A stretch of 64,000 nucleotides of DNA from Lama guanicoe (lineage: Eukaryota), in the NCBI GenBank assembly GCA_013239625.1, contig MU054001.1, positions 3,354,151 through 3,418,150 on the forward strand, written 5' to 3'. How positions within the stretch are numbered: the stretch's first letter is position 1; every line of letters starts with the position of its first letter. Positions 12,893 through 25,911 of this stretch are shown piece by piece. The notes beneath the pieces were generated by a model. That model searched no databases, was not told the DNA's origin, and was given only the letters and a program-made list of their open reading frames with translations. The position numbers were made by a program, and so were the translations under genes.

Positions 12893-13341
12893 GTTCTTTT
12901 TTCATATTCTTTTTCATTATAAGTTAGTACAAGATATTGAATATGGCTCCCTGTGCTATACTGTAGGTCCTTCTTGTTTATCTCTTTTATATATACTAAT
13001 TTATATCTGCTAATCCCAAACTCCTAATTTATCCCTCCCTCATCTTTTCCCCTTTGGCAACCATAAGTTTGTTTTTTGTGCCTGCAAGTCTATTTCTGTT
13101 TTGCAAATAAGTTCATTTGTATCATTTTTTTAGATTCCACATATAAGTGGTATCATATGGTATTTGTCTTTCCTTCTGACTTATTTCACTTAGTATGATA
13201 ATCTCTAGGTCCATCCACGTTGCTGCAAATGGCATTATTCCATTCTTTTTTATAGCTAAGTAGTATTCCACTGAATCACTATGTGGTACACTAGAAACAA
13301 ATACAATACTGTAAATCAAATTTACTTTGATTAAAAAAAAA
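12893..13341 (+). mobile_element. 5'-truncated, 5'-inverted L1 (12893-13270 antisense; 13271-13341 sense with A tail)
   Basis: The minus ORF at 13122-13433 contains the L1 ORF2 C-terminal motif YYLAIKKNGIMPFAATWMDLEIIILSEISQ; orientation flips at 13270/13271 to 'ctgaatcact...tgtaaatcaa...aaaaaaaaa'. Confidence 0.9.
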
Positions 13342-15136
13342 TCCTTGTAGGCAAAGGATGCCCACCCAGTATGCAGGACACCTGGCTGGAAGAAATTGAA
13401 AGTCCACCAGGACAGTGTGATGTGATCATCCAAGGCTTGGGCAGGGACAGAACACAGACATGAGGGGTGAAGATGCCATCAGTGATGGAGGGTGAGGACA
13501 GGAGAGTGTGACAACCCATGAGCTTCTTCCCAGTGATCCTGCCAGTATATGGGACCACTTTGCCCAGCAGATGAGGAAACATCTCAATTTTTCTCTCTTC
13601 TTTCTGTCCCTATCACAGAATTGGGGTTCATGTTTGTTGAATGAATGAAAAGCTGTAATGGATTGGAAAGGAAACTCGGCAGAGGGCATCAAAATTTAAC
13701 CAGTTTATGGAAAACGATGGGGTTACACACTTTTTTAAAAATCCCCCATAACAAATTTGCAGACCTTCTTCTTGCCTTCACTTCTCCACTCTTTTAGCAG
13801 GAATTCTGGCTTCATTACTACTATTTCTAAATCACTTAGGAGCCTTTCCATGTGCTTGAACTATCCTCATGCTACTGGGAGAAGGTGGGGGATGACAACT
13901 CTGTTATCTGAACCCCACAACCACTGCGCCCCATCCTCCACCCAAAGAGCTCGCCTGACTGCTGGACTTGGTCACCTCCAGCACTGGATTGAGTTGCAGG
14001 TGGAACCCACAAACTGGGTAACTGCTCCCCGAACATCACTCCCCTAGCCAGTTTCAGCAACCATGATGCCTCTTGATTCCAGAAAGAGCTTCCTTCCCTT
14101 CAAAGACCCACCAGGACCCTATGTTATAGGATTTCACCAACATGTCCAGGTCCCTATGATTTCAATGGCTACTGCTTCTCTCCAACCCTCAGACTCAGAG
14201 TACAGGCCTCCTTCTTTCTCTCTTTTGTCCTCTCTAATCTTTCCCTTCCCTGCTTTGCAGTCTGGCACCCAGGACCACCCCCAGCTTCAGAGGAGCTGAA
14301 GTGTCCCTGACTCTCAGTGAGAGGAGGGCATTGTTCAGGGTAAATTTTCTCCCAAGAGACTCCTCTGACCTTGTGTAAATTTGGGGGTGCACATAAAAGA
14401 GGAAACTGCCCAACATCCAAGCCCCAAAGTTATGTGTTGAGAAGTTCAGGGCAAAGCTCCATCCATCAACCGCATGTAGACCTTCAGGCTTATCAGAAGG
14501 CCTTTGAACAGTCATTTCCAAAACACCTGCCACATCTGCTTTCCTTAAGCCAGAGAATAGAGCTGTTCCTCCTCAGGCGTCTGGGTCTGTGCGGTGGCTT
14601 CTGGGCACACCAGCTTGGTGACGGTCTCCCACCTTGGACAGACCTCAGTTCCCTCCAGTCCTGAGTCTCCTGCCACCTGCCAGGCAGGGCTCAGTTCCCT
14701 GGGCTCCTGAATCACCTTCCTCAGAAACATTTTGATCCAAGAATTTTTTTTTTAAGCTTGCCATAAAAACATAGAATTATTTTTTTTTAATTTGAAATTC
14801 ATTTTCAGTCTTCTTTTATAGATCTGTCATTTATACAATGGCTAGAAAACTTTCTAAAATCAGATATAATTTATGAAACCTGTTCTTTTTTGGCACAATG
14901 TCATTTGTACATTAAAATGGTAATGACAACCAGGGGCTTGCATGCAAGAAAGAAAATTTTAAAATGTATTTTTCACATCCCTGAAGTGAGAATAACAGTA
15001 GAAAGCAACTTAGGTCCTTTATGAGAGAAAAAGCCTTGACAAATAGTGAATGACACATTGACCCGTAAAGATTTTAAATTGTACCTGATTCTCAAAAAAA
15101 AAAAAATCTGAAGTAGTTGAGGGCAACGGTGTCAAG

Positions 15137-15300
15137 CAGTGGTTCCCAGTCCAAGATGCACATTAGAATTGTTGGGGAATCTTTTTTAAAATACAGATTC
15201 CCAGGCCCCTTCTCCACATTCTGGTTTCATCCATGTCGCAGGGGGTCCAGACGCCAAGACTTTTAAAGTGTTCCATCGGATGAATCTAATGGGAATAGCA
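15137..15300 (+). mobile_element. MER5A-like (hAT-Charlie)
   Basis: 'cagtggttccc...tgcacattagaat...taaaatacagattcccaggcccc'. Confidence 0.7.
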
Positions 15301-15362
15301 GCCCTCAAAAGACAGGGTTCCAATCCCAACCAATATAGTCAATGGATTGCATGATCTCTGAT

Positions 15363-15600
15363 CAATAAGAAAAGCTAATGCTTCCCTACTCCTTGACGTG
15401 GGCCACGTGCTAGTCCAAGCTCTTTTCACATATTGATTCTTCTTAACAATCTGTGTGGTCAGTGCTGTTATTATTCCTGTTCCTCAGATGAGGAAACTGA
15501 GGATCAGAGAGATTAAGTTACTTCTCTAAAGTCACACAGCCAGTAATTAACTCAGGCAATCTGACCTGGGGCCCCAGGCTATACCTGCTATGCCCGCTAA
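15363..15600 (-). mobile_element. MIR SINE
   Basis: Core 'cagatgaggaaactgaggatcagagagattaagttacttctctaaagtcacacagc'. Confidence 0.85.
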
Positions 15601-15779
15601 CTTCCTAAAGGATCTAAGTTTCTATTTTGAAGTTGTCTAAATATTAAATTAGTTTGCTCATCTAGAAAATGAGGTCAAATGAGCAAGGTGATTTTTTAAG
15701 TTTTGTGGTTCTAGAGTCTGACTTTTAATGACAATAAAAATGAGTCCCAGACAAATGAGGTATCTTGCTGCCATCACCC

Positions 15780-15970
15780 GGCCCCTGAGTCAGGCAGATC
15801 CAGTTCTCCAATGCGGGTCTCCTGAGTCATGGTGCATACATAGTTCTTTCTCAGTTTCACAGTAGAGCAAGCTGAAGGGGGAGTTTGTCTCCAAAACAAC
15901 CCACTGGAAATTAAACTAGCCCATGAAAAGAATTACAAGCCCCAGGCTGAAAATTGTGACTCACACCTTA
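15780..15970. promoter_or_regulatory. AP-1 motif cluster, candidate enhancer
   Basis: Perfect TGASTCA at 15786, 15823 and 15957 in apparently non-repeat DNA. Confidence 0.35.
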
Positions 15971-18900
15971 AACACATGTACTTCTCTGTATCTTCTAGGA
16001 GACAGACTAAAGTGATATTCAACAGATTTTCAATTGAGCACCTCTTGTTTATAGAACCCTAATCTACGTGTTGTAAAGGATAGAAGAGAAGAAAAAAGTG
16101 TAGTCTTGTCTTCACTGGAAAAATAAAAAATAAAACACTCCAGAGCATTAAACACAGACGCTGTTTTTTGGTTTTTGGGTTTTTTGTTTGTTTGTTCTTT
16201 TAAAGGCAACTGAAGGATGGCATTTATTGGTGGATGTGGTCACCATGTTAAAAAGGCATTGGACTTCCCCAGTCTTTCCTGCCCTTCACTCCCTGCAGTG
16301 GACAGGGTGGGGCTTGGCGTGGCGTGGCATGCGATTTCTCTCCGCTGTCTGTCCACATACATGCTGAAGCGCCCTGTCCCCATACCAGGCAGTGGTCCAG
16401 GAGACAGTCACAAGTGCTGATTTGGATTCAGAGTCCAGGGCTATGATGTCAGTAGGAGAACCTCTTAGGACCTCAAGATTCTGAAGACATGCACTCTAAC
16501 CCCAAATTTCCAGAAACTCTATGTTAAAGAGCATCCTCCCAGACATCTGGGCTACCCCAACTTTAGTGTGAGTCATCAAGATGACTAATATTACACTGTG
16601 ATAAATAGCATTATCTTAAATGAACCCTGTGGTGACATCAACAGAGCAAACACTGAAATAGAATTATTGCTTCCTTTTTGCCCTGGAAGGAGTCACTCAG
16701 CACTTATTCAGATGAATAGGGACTAACTTCCAAGCAAGTTTAGGTATTTGGTATTAAATATTTAGAGAAATTAAAAGGGGATGGGAGAGTAATTTCTTTA
16801 AAAAGCAGATTTATAAGAATAAGGAAGGAAAAGAAGTTAAAAAAGAAAGTATTCTTGGCCCTCCACTACCGGTTTAGAGACAACATTTTAATGAGCTAAA
16901 TGCAAATGAATAACAGTGAATAGAAAACTTGTAGATTAAATTCTCCTGAAAACACTCATGGGCTTAAAATTTTAAGGGTCAGTAGGCCCAGGGCCAAATG
17001 CATTGCGGTTTGGCCAAACAAAGGGGAAGATGCTCTGGCATGTGGGCATCACACAGTGGCTCAGCCATCACACTGTCCACCTCCCTTTCACCCTCTGCAC
17101 TCCTGGGAAATCTGCACCCAGCTTGGGTGGTGTGGTAGACACTGGGAGTTGTGAGACCCCAAGGTGGCTCCAACACCTTGCTGCCACTCAGCCAGAATTC
17201 ATGAGTTTTCAGGACATGGTTGAAGAGCAGGAAGGGGCGGATGTGGCCAGGATAGACTCCTGTCTCTCCACTGTGGCTGAAAATCTGAAACCAACTGCTT
17301 GATCTCTTCCCTGAGTTTACAAAAGTCAAATTCTGAGCAAGAAGTCATCAAACCCAGGCTCGGCAATAGATTTACTACCTGGAGATGGTAGGAGGCTGGG
17401 CATGTGGGCTTCTAGTCTATATACCTGACAGATTTTGAACAGCCTACCCTTTGGTCCACGGGTTTATCAATGACATTCTTCACCATCCTTTCTTGAATTT
17501 GTGTATGTGTCAGGCACTGAGTGAAGTCTTGACCCACGTTGGGTACTTTATCAAAGTAGTCATTAAATGAAGATTCTTAGGATCAAGAATTCAGTGACTT
17601 ATCCAAGGTTCCATGTCTGATTTCTGATGGGAAGGAGTCACAGGGGTAGGAGGCCATTTGTCAGCTTATAATGCCACAGTCCTAGTATTTTTCACCACCT
17701 CATTAGAGTATTACTTAAAAGGTAAATCTGAAATGTGTGTGACAGTCATCAGTCACTCCAAATGGTTCATTTCCAGAAAATAATCACAGGGGCTTGGCAC
17801 CCCTCATCTCTTAGAGAGAATTTCCAGATAAACTCTTATCTGGCTTGTATAGTTGGGTGATGTGCTATCATTTTGGTACTGATCTGAGAAAACCATAATT
17901 AGACATGGAAATGTGTGGGGGGAAAATAGAAATACTGTAATTATTTCTGTATCCCTGCCTCAAAGCAGTGTTGATAATCAAAGTATGTCTATGCCACAAG
18001 AAACATGATCCTTTCTTCTGTGGTAGCTCTCCTTGCTATATATATCCATGGCATGAGCTCTTGTTACTTTGTTGGAATTAACCTCTCAATTAACTGTCTT
18101 TTTCACTTGACTCTGAAGGCAAGGCCCTATCTGATGCACCTTGTGTCCCTAGTTTGGGTTGGGCACCTTTAAGGCCCCTTGCACAAGGATGACAAACGTG
18201 GGGCATGTATGCTATTGCTCCACCTTCCCTTGCTATGGAAGACATTACTAATCAATCACTGCACTGAGTCTTTTGCTGGTCAGAGAATTCTTCAAGATAG
18301 ATCTGTGGGTAGTCTCTATCAACTCACCACAGAGGACAGGAAAAATGGAACCTCTTCCACATCCTTTTTAATGTCAAATGCCTTCCTCAGACAGGGAGGG
18401 CTCTGGACACACAGGAACACAGGGAGCATGAGGAATGGTAGAAGCTCCCTAATTAACAACTCTGGGGGGCACTGGTCCAGAGACCACTCACCGAAGAAGA
18501 GACTCAGGCAAGTGACCCATGTTGGGCAAAACCTGGAAGCAGGGGAGGTTTTTTTCAATCCAGGACTAGGGGAGGAAATCTAAGTTTTCATCAGTGATGA
18601 AGCCTTGAGATGTGCAATCAGGAGGAGTCAGAGGCTATGGGAAAACTACCCTGATAAAATAAAGCCATCATGCAGAGGTGGCTGAAAGGCATTCTGACCC
18701 ACGCGATTTCTGGTGCCCAGTCATTGCTGAGGCTCAAGTGGGCCTCTAAACCTTACCTTGGTTTGGCTGCATATGCCAGCCAAGTCCCCTTTTCGGTGAA
18801 ATCAGTTTCAACCCTACTCACATTTCAATTAAAGCCAGAGGAAACTGAGGACCTGATTATACTCAACATTTTGGGCATCCACACTGCTTTAAAAGTTTAC

Positions 18901-21559
18901 TTGCAGAGCAAAGCTAACCAAGCGTTTTGCAGCAAAGCTCTGGGCTGTCACCAAGTCTGACTGAAGGGTGGAAGAAAGACAACTTGATGGCTTTGGAGCT
19001 CTTGTGACATCTGCTCCCCTATTCCTTTACTCAACAACCGCTCAGCCACGAGGGACTGGTTCTTTCCCTGGGTTCTTGAATCAGAGAGGCATCCTTCTCA
19101 AATCTAAAGCAAGAACTCATTTTCAGTAGGAGCAGTTTATAGGGTCTCCTTCCACCCCGGATGCGTGCATGGCCTTTTTTTTCATGTTTCTATCAAATAA
19201 GGGAGTGGAGACGGTGGCCTTAAGGATGCTTGCAGCAGTGAAGTTCCTTGACTGACTGCTCAGAGCTGGACAAAGCTGAGGTCTCAGGTTGACCTCTTCC
19301 CTCGGGCTGGCACTTTTCCAAGCGGATGGAGCTGGCCTCTCATTAATGAAAGGAGGCGTTAGGGAACTACAGCATGCTTCCCTGCTCAGCTTCCCAAGAG
19401 TCCTGTTGCCGTTCTGTCTCATAAGGATGAAACCCATTCCTCCGTTCTGAGTTCTGCAATCCCCACACTCTTCTTCCTCACTCTTATCATTAAGCTTCAA
19501 TCACCTCCAAAATAACCCATGCACAGCATCAGCCCCTATCTTTTAGGGATGCGAAGTGAATTTCCCTTTTATATAACCTCCAGTAATTCACAGGATGAGC
19601 AAAGTCAAGTCCCAGACCTGGGCCAGGTTAACAAAATTATTCTAGGATCAGGAGCAAAAAGTCACACTCCTACCAAAACCCAGCGGCTGAGAGATCAAAG
19701 AAAGGCTTCTCAGACCCCTTGTATCTTGGGTTCAGAGTCTGAGGAAAAGAAAATACCGCTTAGGTCATGAATGGAGTAGTTACACTCTGTGGGGTGTGTA
19801 TATATGTATGTGCGTGTGTTTCTTTCAAATGAATTCTTCTCAGAGAAAGGGGTTGCTTGTGTGAGTGGATAATCTTTTAAGAGCCATGAATCAGCCTCTG
19901 TCTGCTCTAATGGATGCCTCGTCAGATTCTTCCCAAGTGATTGGCATTTGGTACCCGATGGGTAATCAGTTGGAAAATCTTCTTAATTTGGTGTAGTTAC
20001 AGATGTGAGAGCTGCTCTCATGAGGTGATGGGGCAGAATGTTCATCATTCCAGAAAGGCATCGGGGGAAGAGAAAGATGGAGAAAGCAGAAAGACGAGCC
20101 TTCATTCCTTGCACAGAATTTGTGCAGAAGATCTAGTTACATCTTCATGGTTTGCAAAGCCCAGAGGAGTTCATTTTAGAACCCAGGGCTCCTGGCTCTC
20201 TATCTGGGGATTTTTATTCTTGAACCCTTACTTCCTTTATTGAAGACCCCCCCACCCCAGCAACCTGTTCTGCATCCCAATTGCCCAGACACTCAAGCAC
20301 TTTCACTGCCATGTTCTAGACTTCTCCAAGGCCTCTTTAGGGTAGACTTGTGTCCCGCTTGGAGTCACATCAAAATAATTAACTCCACAAACAGATGATG
20401 TTTGGTTTCCAAAAGGATTCTTGTCTTTGCTGAGGGCTTCTTAGAAGAACAAGTTCTGTTGTTTGAATAGAACTTTCTTTCCAGAAAGAGGGATGGACAA
20501 TCCAGTGCTGTTGGCAGAGGCTGAACCCTGAACAGCTGTGTGCAAAGACAAAGTTATGCAGAAGTGTATACTGGGAGGAAAGGTACGAAGCAGGCCAGGG
20601 ATGCCCGTAGGGAGGATAAAGAGAGCAAGCCAAGGATAGTGGGGAGAGTCCAGGAAAAGCAAAGGCCGTGGGTACCATATCCAAGGACCTGAGGAGAGGT
20701 CCGGAAAATTCTACTGAGATCCAGAGCTGCCTGAGACCCTGTTCCTGCTTCCTGAGGCCTCCCCTAATAGCCATCCCCTCTCCACCCACTGTGACAATAG
20801 CCATACCCCCATCCCAAGTCAGCCAAGAGAGACGCTCCTTCTTCATCCCAAAGTTCCTACTTGGTTTGTTTGTTTCAGGAATGAAGCTATTGTGTAAACG
20901 TCGGCCCATCTGAACCTCCAGCAGCTTATGGCAAAGGGAGAAGTCCCCACGTTTGGCGAACGATCAGAGAAAGCTACAGTGAATCAGCAGGGACACTCTC
21001 TTCAGGGCTGACCCAGCATGACTTTTCTCTGTAGTAGAAGGTCGGAGAAAGAATGAGAAGAGGGGATGGAGACACATCCCACTAGGGCATCGGGAACAAC
21101 AGCTAACTGACAGGAAGCAATGGGCTCAGAGCCCTGGGATCAGCTGCTTGGACAAAGAAGTGAGGTTTTCCTCATTATCCTGGCTGTCGGGTTTGACTCT
21201 TTGCCATGTCCTGGTCCCAGTTAACTTCATATATTTCTGAAGGCTGGCTTCATACTAAGTCTTCTAGTGCACCAAAAAAAAATTTTTTTGTGTGCAGACT
21301 CTTTTAGAGTGGCTCAGTCCCCTTAATAGATCAAACAAGCTGAAACCACTTTCCATTCCCAAAAAGTTGAGTCTACGGAAGTACCAAGCCAGAAACCTAG
21401 TGGGGAAAAAGAAAAAATAGCCCATCTATCTTTTTCTCTTCCACTCAAACAGAATTCTAGGAGGTCCCTGAGATAACAAGATAATGAATCACCTTTCAAT
21501 AACTGAGAGGAGTTAGAAGAAGCAGTTCTGATCAGAGAATGTGGAAAACTGCATTTTAC

Positions 21560-21645
21560 ACCAGGCACCACTTAGCACTGGTGACCTGATCTTGGGCAAG
21601 CCTTCGACCTCTGGGGGCTTTGGCTTCTCCACCTGCAAAGTGAAA
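21560..21645 (+). mobile_element. MIR fragment
   Basis: 'tgatcttgggcaag...ggcttctccacctgcaaagtg'. Confidence 0.5.
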
Positions 21646-22291
21646 TCTGGGGCTTGACCAGTTGTTTTCCAGCGGTGCTCCCTGCAGCCCAAGGGCAGGG
21701 TGAAGGAATTGGAGCAGGTGAGGGGTCCCAGGTTTCCCACCTGCATCGAACAGTCCACCTCTGGGCTTATCTGCATTGTATCCGGACCTCCTGCCTACTC
21801 TTTCCATTAAAGGGGTTCATTGCTCGCAATATTTTTTAAAATAAAATAAAATAGAAGATCACTGAACTTGGTGGCTTCCAGAGCGAATACTCTGAAAAAA
21901 AAATCACTCTTGGAAAGGGAAAAAAAATGATGTTTCTAAGATTTATGTACCGACAGCACACACCAAAAAAAAAAAAAAAGTCATCAGTGTAGAACATTAG
22001 TGTCAATTCTGTGAGTCGGATCATTTACTCATTTAGCAGACCCTGGGGTCAGGGTGGTTAGGGCCTATTTATATCCTGCCTCAGTAATCTCCACCCCCAG
22101 ATACTCAGCATCTATGTAGTTGCTGAAAATAATCAGCTCTACAATAAACATACCCTTAGTTTTACTTAGTAATCATTAATCAATATCTTAAGAAAAAATG
22201 TATAAGCTCACTTGGGGACTTTATTATAAAAGCAGCTTTTCTGGTCTGTTCCCCAAGATTCTGTTTTAATAAATCACACTTTGAGAAGCAC

Positions 22292-22688
22292 TTGTGTTAA
22301 GCTGGGGTTCCCGGAGGCAGACCCTAGTGTGAAATTTATATATGCGTGATTGATTAAGAAATTGCTCCCCACAGAAACTGTAAAGAAAATGGGGAAAGGT
22401 GGACAGGGAAGGAAAAGAACGTACACAAAGTCCAAATTCAGATCAAGTCTCAATTTCGTGCTAATCCCACAGAGGGATGTCTGAAAGCGAGTGAGTTTCT
22501 GCAGGAGTCCAGGGATCTGGGCTTTCACACCTCAGTCAGTCATTGGCTAAGGGCTGGCCCACAGGGAATGTGAATCCCCAGGTACCACCAGCTCTGTATT
22601 TGGGGGAAAGGCAGCTCCACAGCCTGAGATCCTCGTGAGAGAGAACCTGGGTGGAGCAGGGCAGGTGAAGTGCTTCACAAAACTACAG
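22292..22688 (-). mobile_element. LTR16-family (ERVL) solo LTR
   Basis: 'tgtgttaagctggggttcccggaggcagaccct...gtgattgattaagaaattgctccc' and 'cagtcattggctaagggctg'. Confidence 0.7.
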
Positions 22689-23849
22689 GCTCTCAGGTGG
22701 GTCAGGTTTAAGAGCCCACAGTTGAACAAAACATTCAGTCCAAGATGCTCCATTGCTAAATAATCAGTGCCAACAAACATGGGGGAAAAAATGGAAGCCC
22801 AAGGAAACATTTATGACAAGGTTGGATGAGTGAATGAAAAAGGAATACCCAAGGTGAAAATGTTACTGTCCTCATCAGTCATTTCATGTAAAGTCACAGG
22901 CCCATTGGATAGGACATTGTGAGTTTAAAAGAAGATTTTTCTACTCCACTGGCATTAAATTTCTTTTTGACCCTCTTGGAGGGCAGCTTAATGGAATAAC
23001 TTCCCATTTCACTGCCACTTTCCACTGTGAAGTGTTCAGCTATTAAGCTAGCCCATCCACCCATCTCAGTCCTTTCCCTTCAACGCACTTTTGTATTTCT
23101 ACATTTTTGATGATTACAAATAACCTTCCTGTCTCTGGTACTGAGCCATAAACTCCATGAGGGTAAAGACCACTTCTAATTATCAATACACTCTGGTACT
23201 TACAATAAAGGTCGTCACAAACTCTGAGCAAGAAATAAAAGTCTGCAGGTTGGCTTAAACTATCCACAGCCCAAAGCTTAGCTTCATGTAAGCAAAACTT
23301 TCCCTAGCTTTCCATTATATTGGATTCCTTGAGTTAATCAACCAAGGAATCCCTTAGGTGATTAATCCTAATTCCTTAGGTAATTAATCAACCAAGTATT
23401 TATTGAGCACCTAGTCTGTACACATCTTGACATTGAGAAGGTTACAGAATGATATAATACACAATCCAAGCACCCTAGGCTCACTGTTTGGGAGAATCAA
23501 TGTTTAAATCATATGAATTAAAAAAGAGAATAATACAACAATAAAATCAAGTGCTACATTATCAAATGCCACTAAAACTCAAAGGGGAGAGAACATATCA
23601 AAAGTTAATTGTACAGACCATAAAAGCAAAAGAAGTTAGAGTAGCTTTCATCATCCTGTCAGCTCTGATCAGTTGGTAGTGGTTGCCTAAATCATCATCT
23701 CAAGAAATATTAGCCCAAATCTGAGCTGAGACAGTGTCCAAATGGATAAGCAGCACCTGCCAGGGCAAGAAATGATGGGTGATTTTCTAAGTGAAGCAAA
23801 TTTTATATCCCCACCAATAGCATTCACTTCAAGGTCAAGAACAGCTTAG

Positions 23850-24315
23850 GATGTGGTATATAAATACACTGGAATATTACTACCATAAAAAAGAATGAAA
23901 TTCTGTCACTTGCAGCAACGTGGATGGTCCTAGAGAATATTATGCTTAGTGAAACAAAGCAGACAGAGAAAACAAATACTATATGATATCACTTATACAT
24001 GGAATCCAAAAAAATAATACAAATGAATGTGTATAGCAAAGCAGAAACAGACTCACAGATAGGGAAAAGAATCCAGTAGTTACCAGAGGAAAGAGGGGAG
24101 ATACAAATTAGGGGTATGGGATTAAGAAGTACAAACTACTATGTATAAAATAGATAAACGACAAGAATACATTGTATAGTACAGGGAAATATAGACATTA
24201 TCTTGTAAAAACTTTTAATGGAGTCTAATATGTAAAAATACAGAATCATTAGACTGTATACCTGAAACTAATATAATATTATAAATCAACTATACTTCAA
24301 ATGAAAAAAAAAAGA
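23850..24315 (+). mobile_element. L1 3' end (ORF2 tail plus 3'UTR)
   Basis: 'ataaaaaagaatgaaattctgtcacttgcagcaacgtggatgg' to 'aaatcaactatacttcaa' plus A tail. Confidence 0.9.
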
Positions 24316-24759
24316 ATAAATAGAAGAGAGACTTTAGAACACAGCGACCAAAGGTAAATCCAATGCCAATTAAAATAGATGTATATAAATTTCCTGGGAA
24401 CAAACTGGCTCTTCCCAGAAACCAACGTTTTGTTCATTCACGGAGCCCAATCTCAGTGGAAGACAGGCACATCCCAGTTCCTGGGATTTGCCAGAATCAG
24501 ACCTCCTCCTAGAAGGTACATGTATCTTAATTCATCCTGGGCACAGAACTTGCAGAAAAATAGAAAAATAGAGGGGAAGCTGTTCTGAGTTCCATGTCAG
24601 TGAAGAAACATAAGCAGAGGAAGTCCATCATTCAGTGGTGTTATCCCAATTGTACTGGTGAAAGATGTTGTGGGAAAGCAATCACGTCATCCTTGGATTT
24701 GGCTGTCTCCAGGTTGGGTAGACCCTTGGAAGGTCAGGTCAGAATAATAAAGTGAAAGA

Positions 24760-24875
24760 AAAAGAACACTGAATTTGCCAACTCAGGAGAGTTGGGTGTT
24801 AGTGCCAGAGCCAGCACTTCCTTGTGTGAAACCTTGAGCATCACTGAAGTCTCAGCTTCCTCATTTGAAAAAAAG
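24760..24875 (+). mobile_element. MIR fragment
   Basis: 'tgtgtgaaaccttgagcatcactgaagtctcagcttcctcatttg'. Confidence 0.55.
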
Positions 24876-25095
24876 AACCAGTATTTTTGGCATATATAGA
24901 GAATATTTATTGTTTGGGAATAGCATCCTTTGCCCTTCTTTCTCAGTGAGAGTGCCTTAAATATATTTTAGGTCACCATCCCACTTCATTTTTAGGTCTA
25001 TAATTTGAGGGATATTGTCCTTCCTTTCCAGTACCTGGGAAAGGCCTATAGATGGGTTAAACTCATCCTATCGGTGATTGATTAAAAGCTGGATA

Positions 25096-25288
25096 CAGAG
25101 TTGTGTTGGTAAATATTTAACTGGCTCTGCAGATAATTCAAACACTGATTTGTAACAATTGCCAATTTCTGTTGTGTAAATACTCCCTCCATGTCTAATT
25201 TTGAGCTACCAACGTAATGTCCCTAGACTCGGATCTGGGTAGAGATTCACACATCAAGGCATGTGAGCTGGTCCCTGCACACCACCAG
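25096..25288 (-). mobile_element. MER63A (hAT-Blackjack), apparently inside an old MLT1J/K-like LTR (~24915-25570)
   Basis: 'tgtgttggtaaatatttaac', 'tgtaaatactccc', 'agctaccaacgt', terminal 'gcacaccac'. Confidence 0.75.
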
Positions 25289-25911
25289 CACAGTCCAACA
25301 GAAGGAAACCTCATGCTGGGTAAACAAGGGTAGGGGCATTTTCTCCACTTGGCTTGATTCCGTGAGAATATGAAGCCTGGGTCTAGTGAGCCATTTGCTT
25401 GCAGAGACAGGAGCTTGCAGATCTGGAGTATCCCCAGAGAAAGAATGATGAACCCAGGTCATGTCACCTAAGTGCTTGGATCAATTCATGTCGAAGGCCA
25501 TTTCTAACTATAAATTCACATTTGTGCCTAAGGCATTTTGAGTCAAGATTTATGTCACTGACAAGTAAATTAAAACCCACCATATACTCTATAGGTCATA
25601 AAATTATTATAAGAATAAGGTGAAGTGAGCTAGACGAAGTTTATAAATTGAAGGCATAAATAGATGTGAAATATTTATTATGTGCCAGACACTGTGCAAG
25701 CATTAAGTACCATAACCTTTCCCTAAGGAACTTGTAGATAAATCAAGGGATTAAGATATAGAATAGCTGTAGTTTGATACATAATTGTACAAAACCAAAA
25801 GCTAGTGTGTATAATACAGATACTGAGAACCTAAACGAGTTAAGAGAAGCGTAAAATGGTGAGATAATGATTGACAACAAAGAAGAGGAAGAGTAGAGAC
25901 AGCGTTAGGAA

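Noticed and set aside
13122..13433. 103-aa ORF with a recognisable protein motif
   Set aside because: The motif is the decayed L1 ORF2 C-terminus inside a truncated, inverted L1.
20379..20909. Longest ORF in the window (176 aa), and other 100-150 aa ORFs
   Set aside because: No recognisable domain or exon structure; lengths are compatible with chance in 64 kb.
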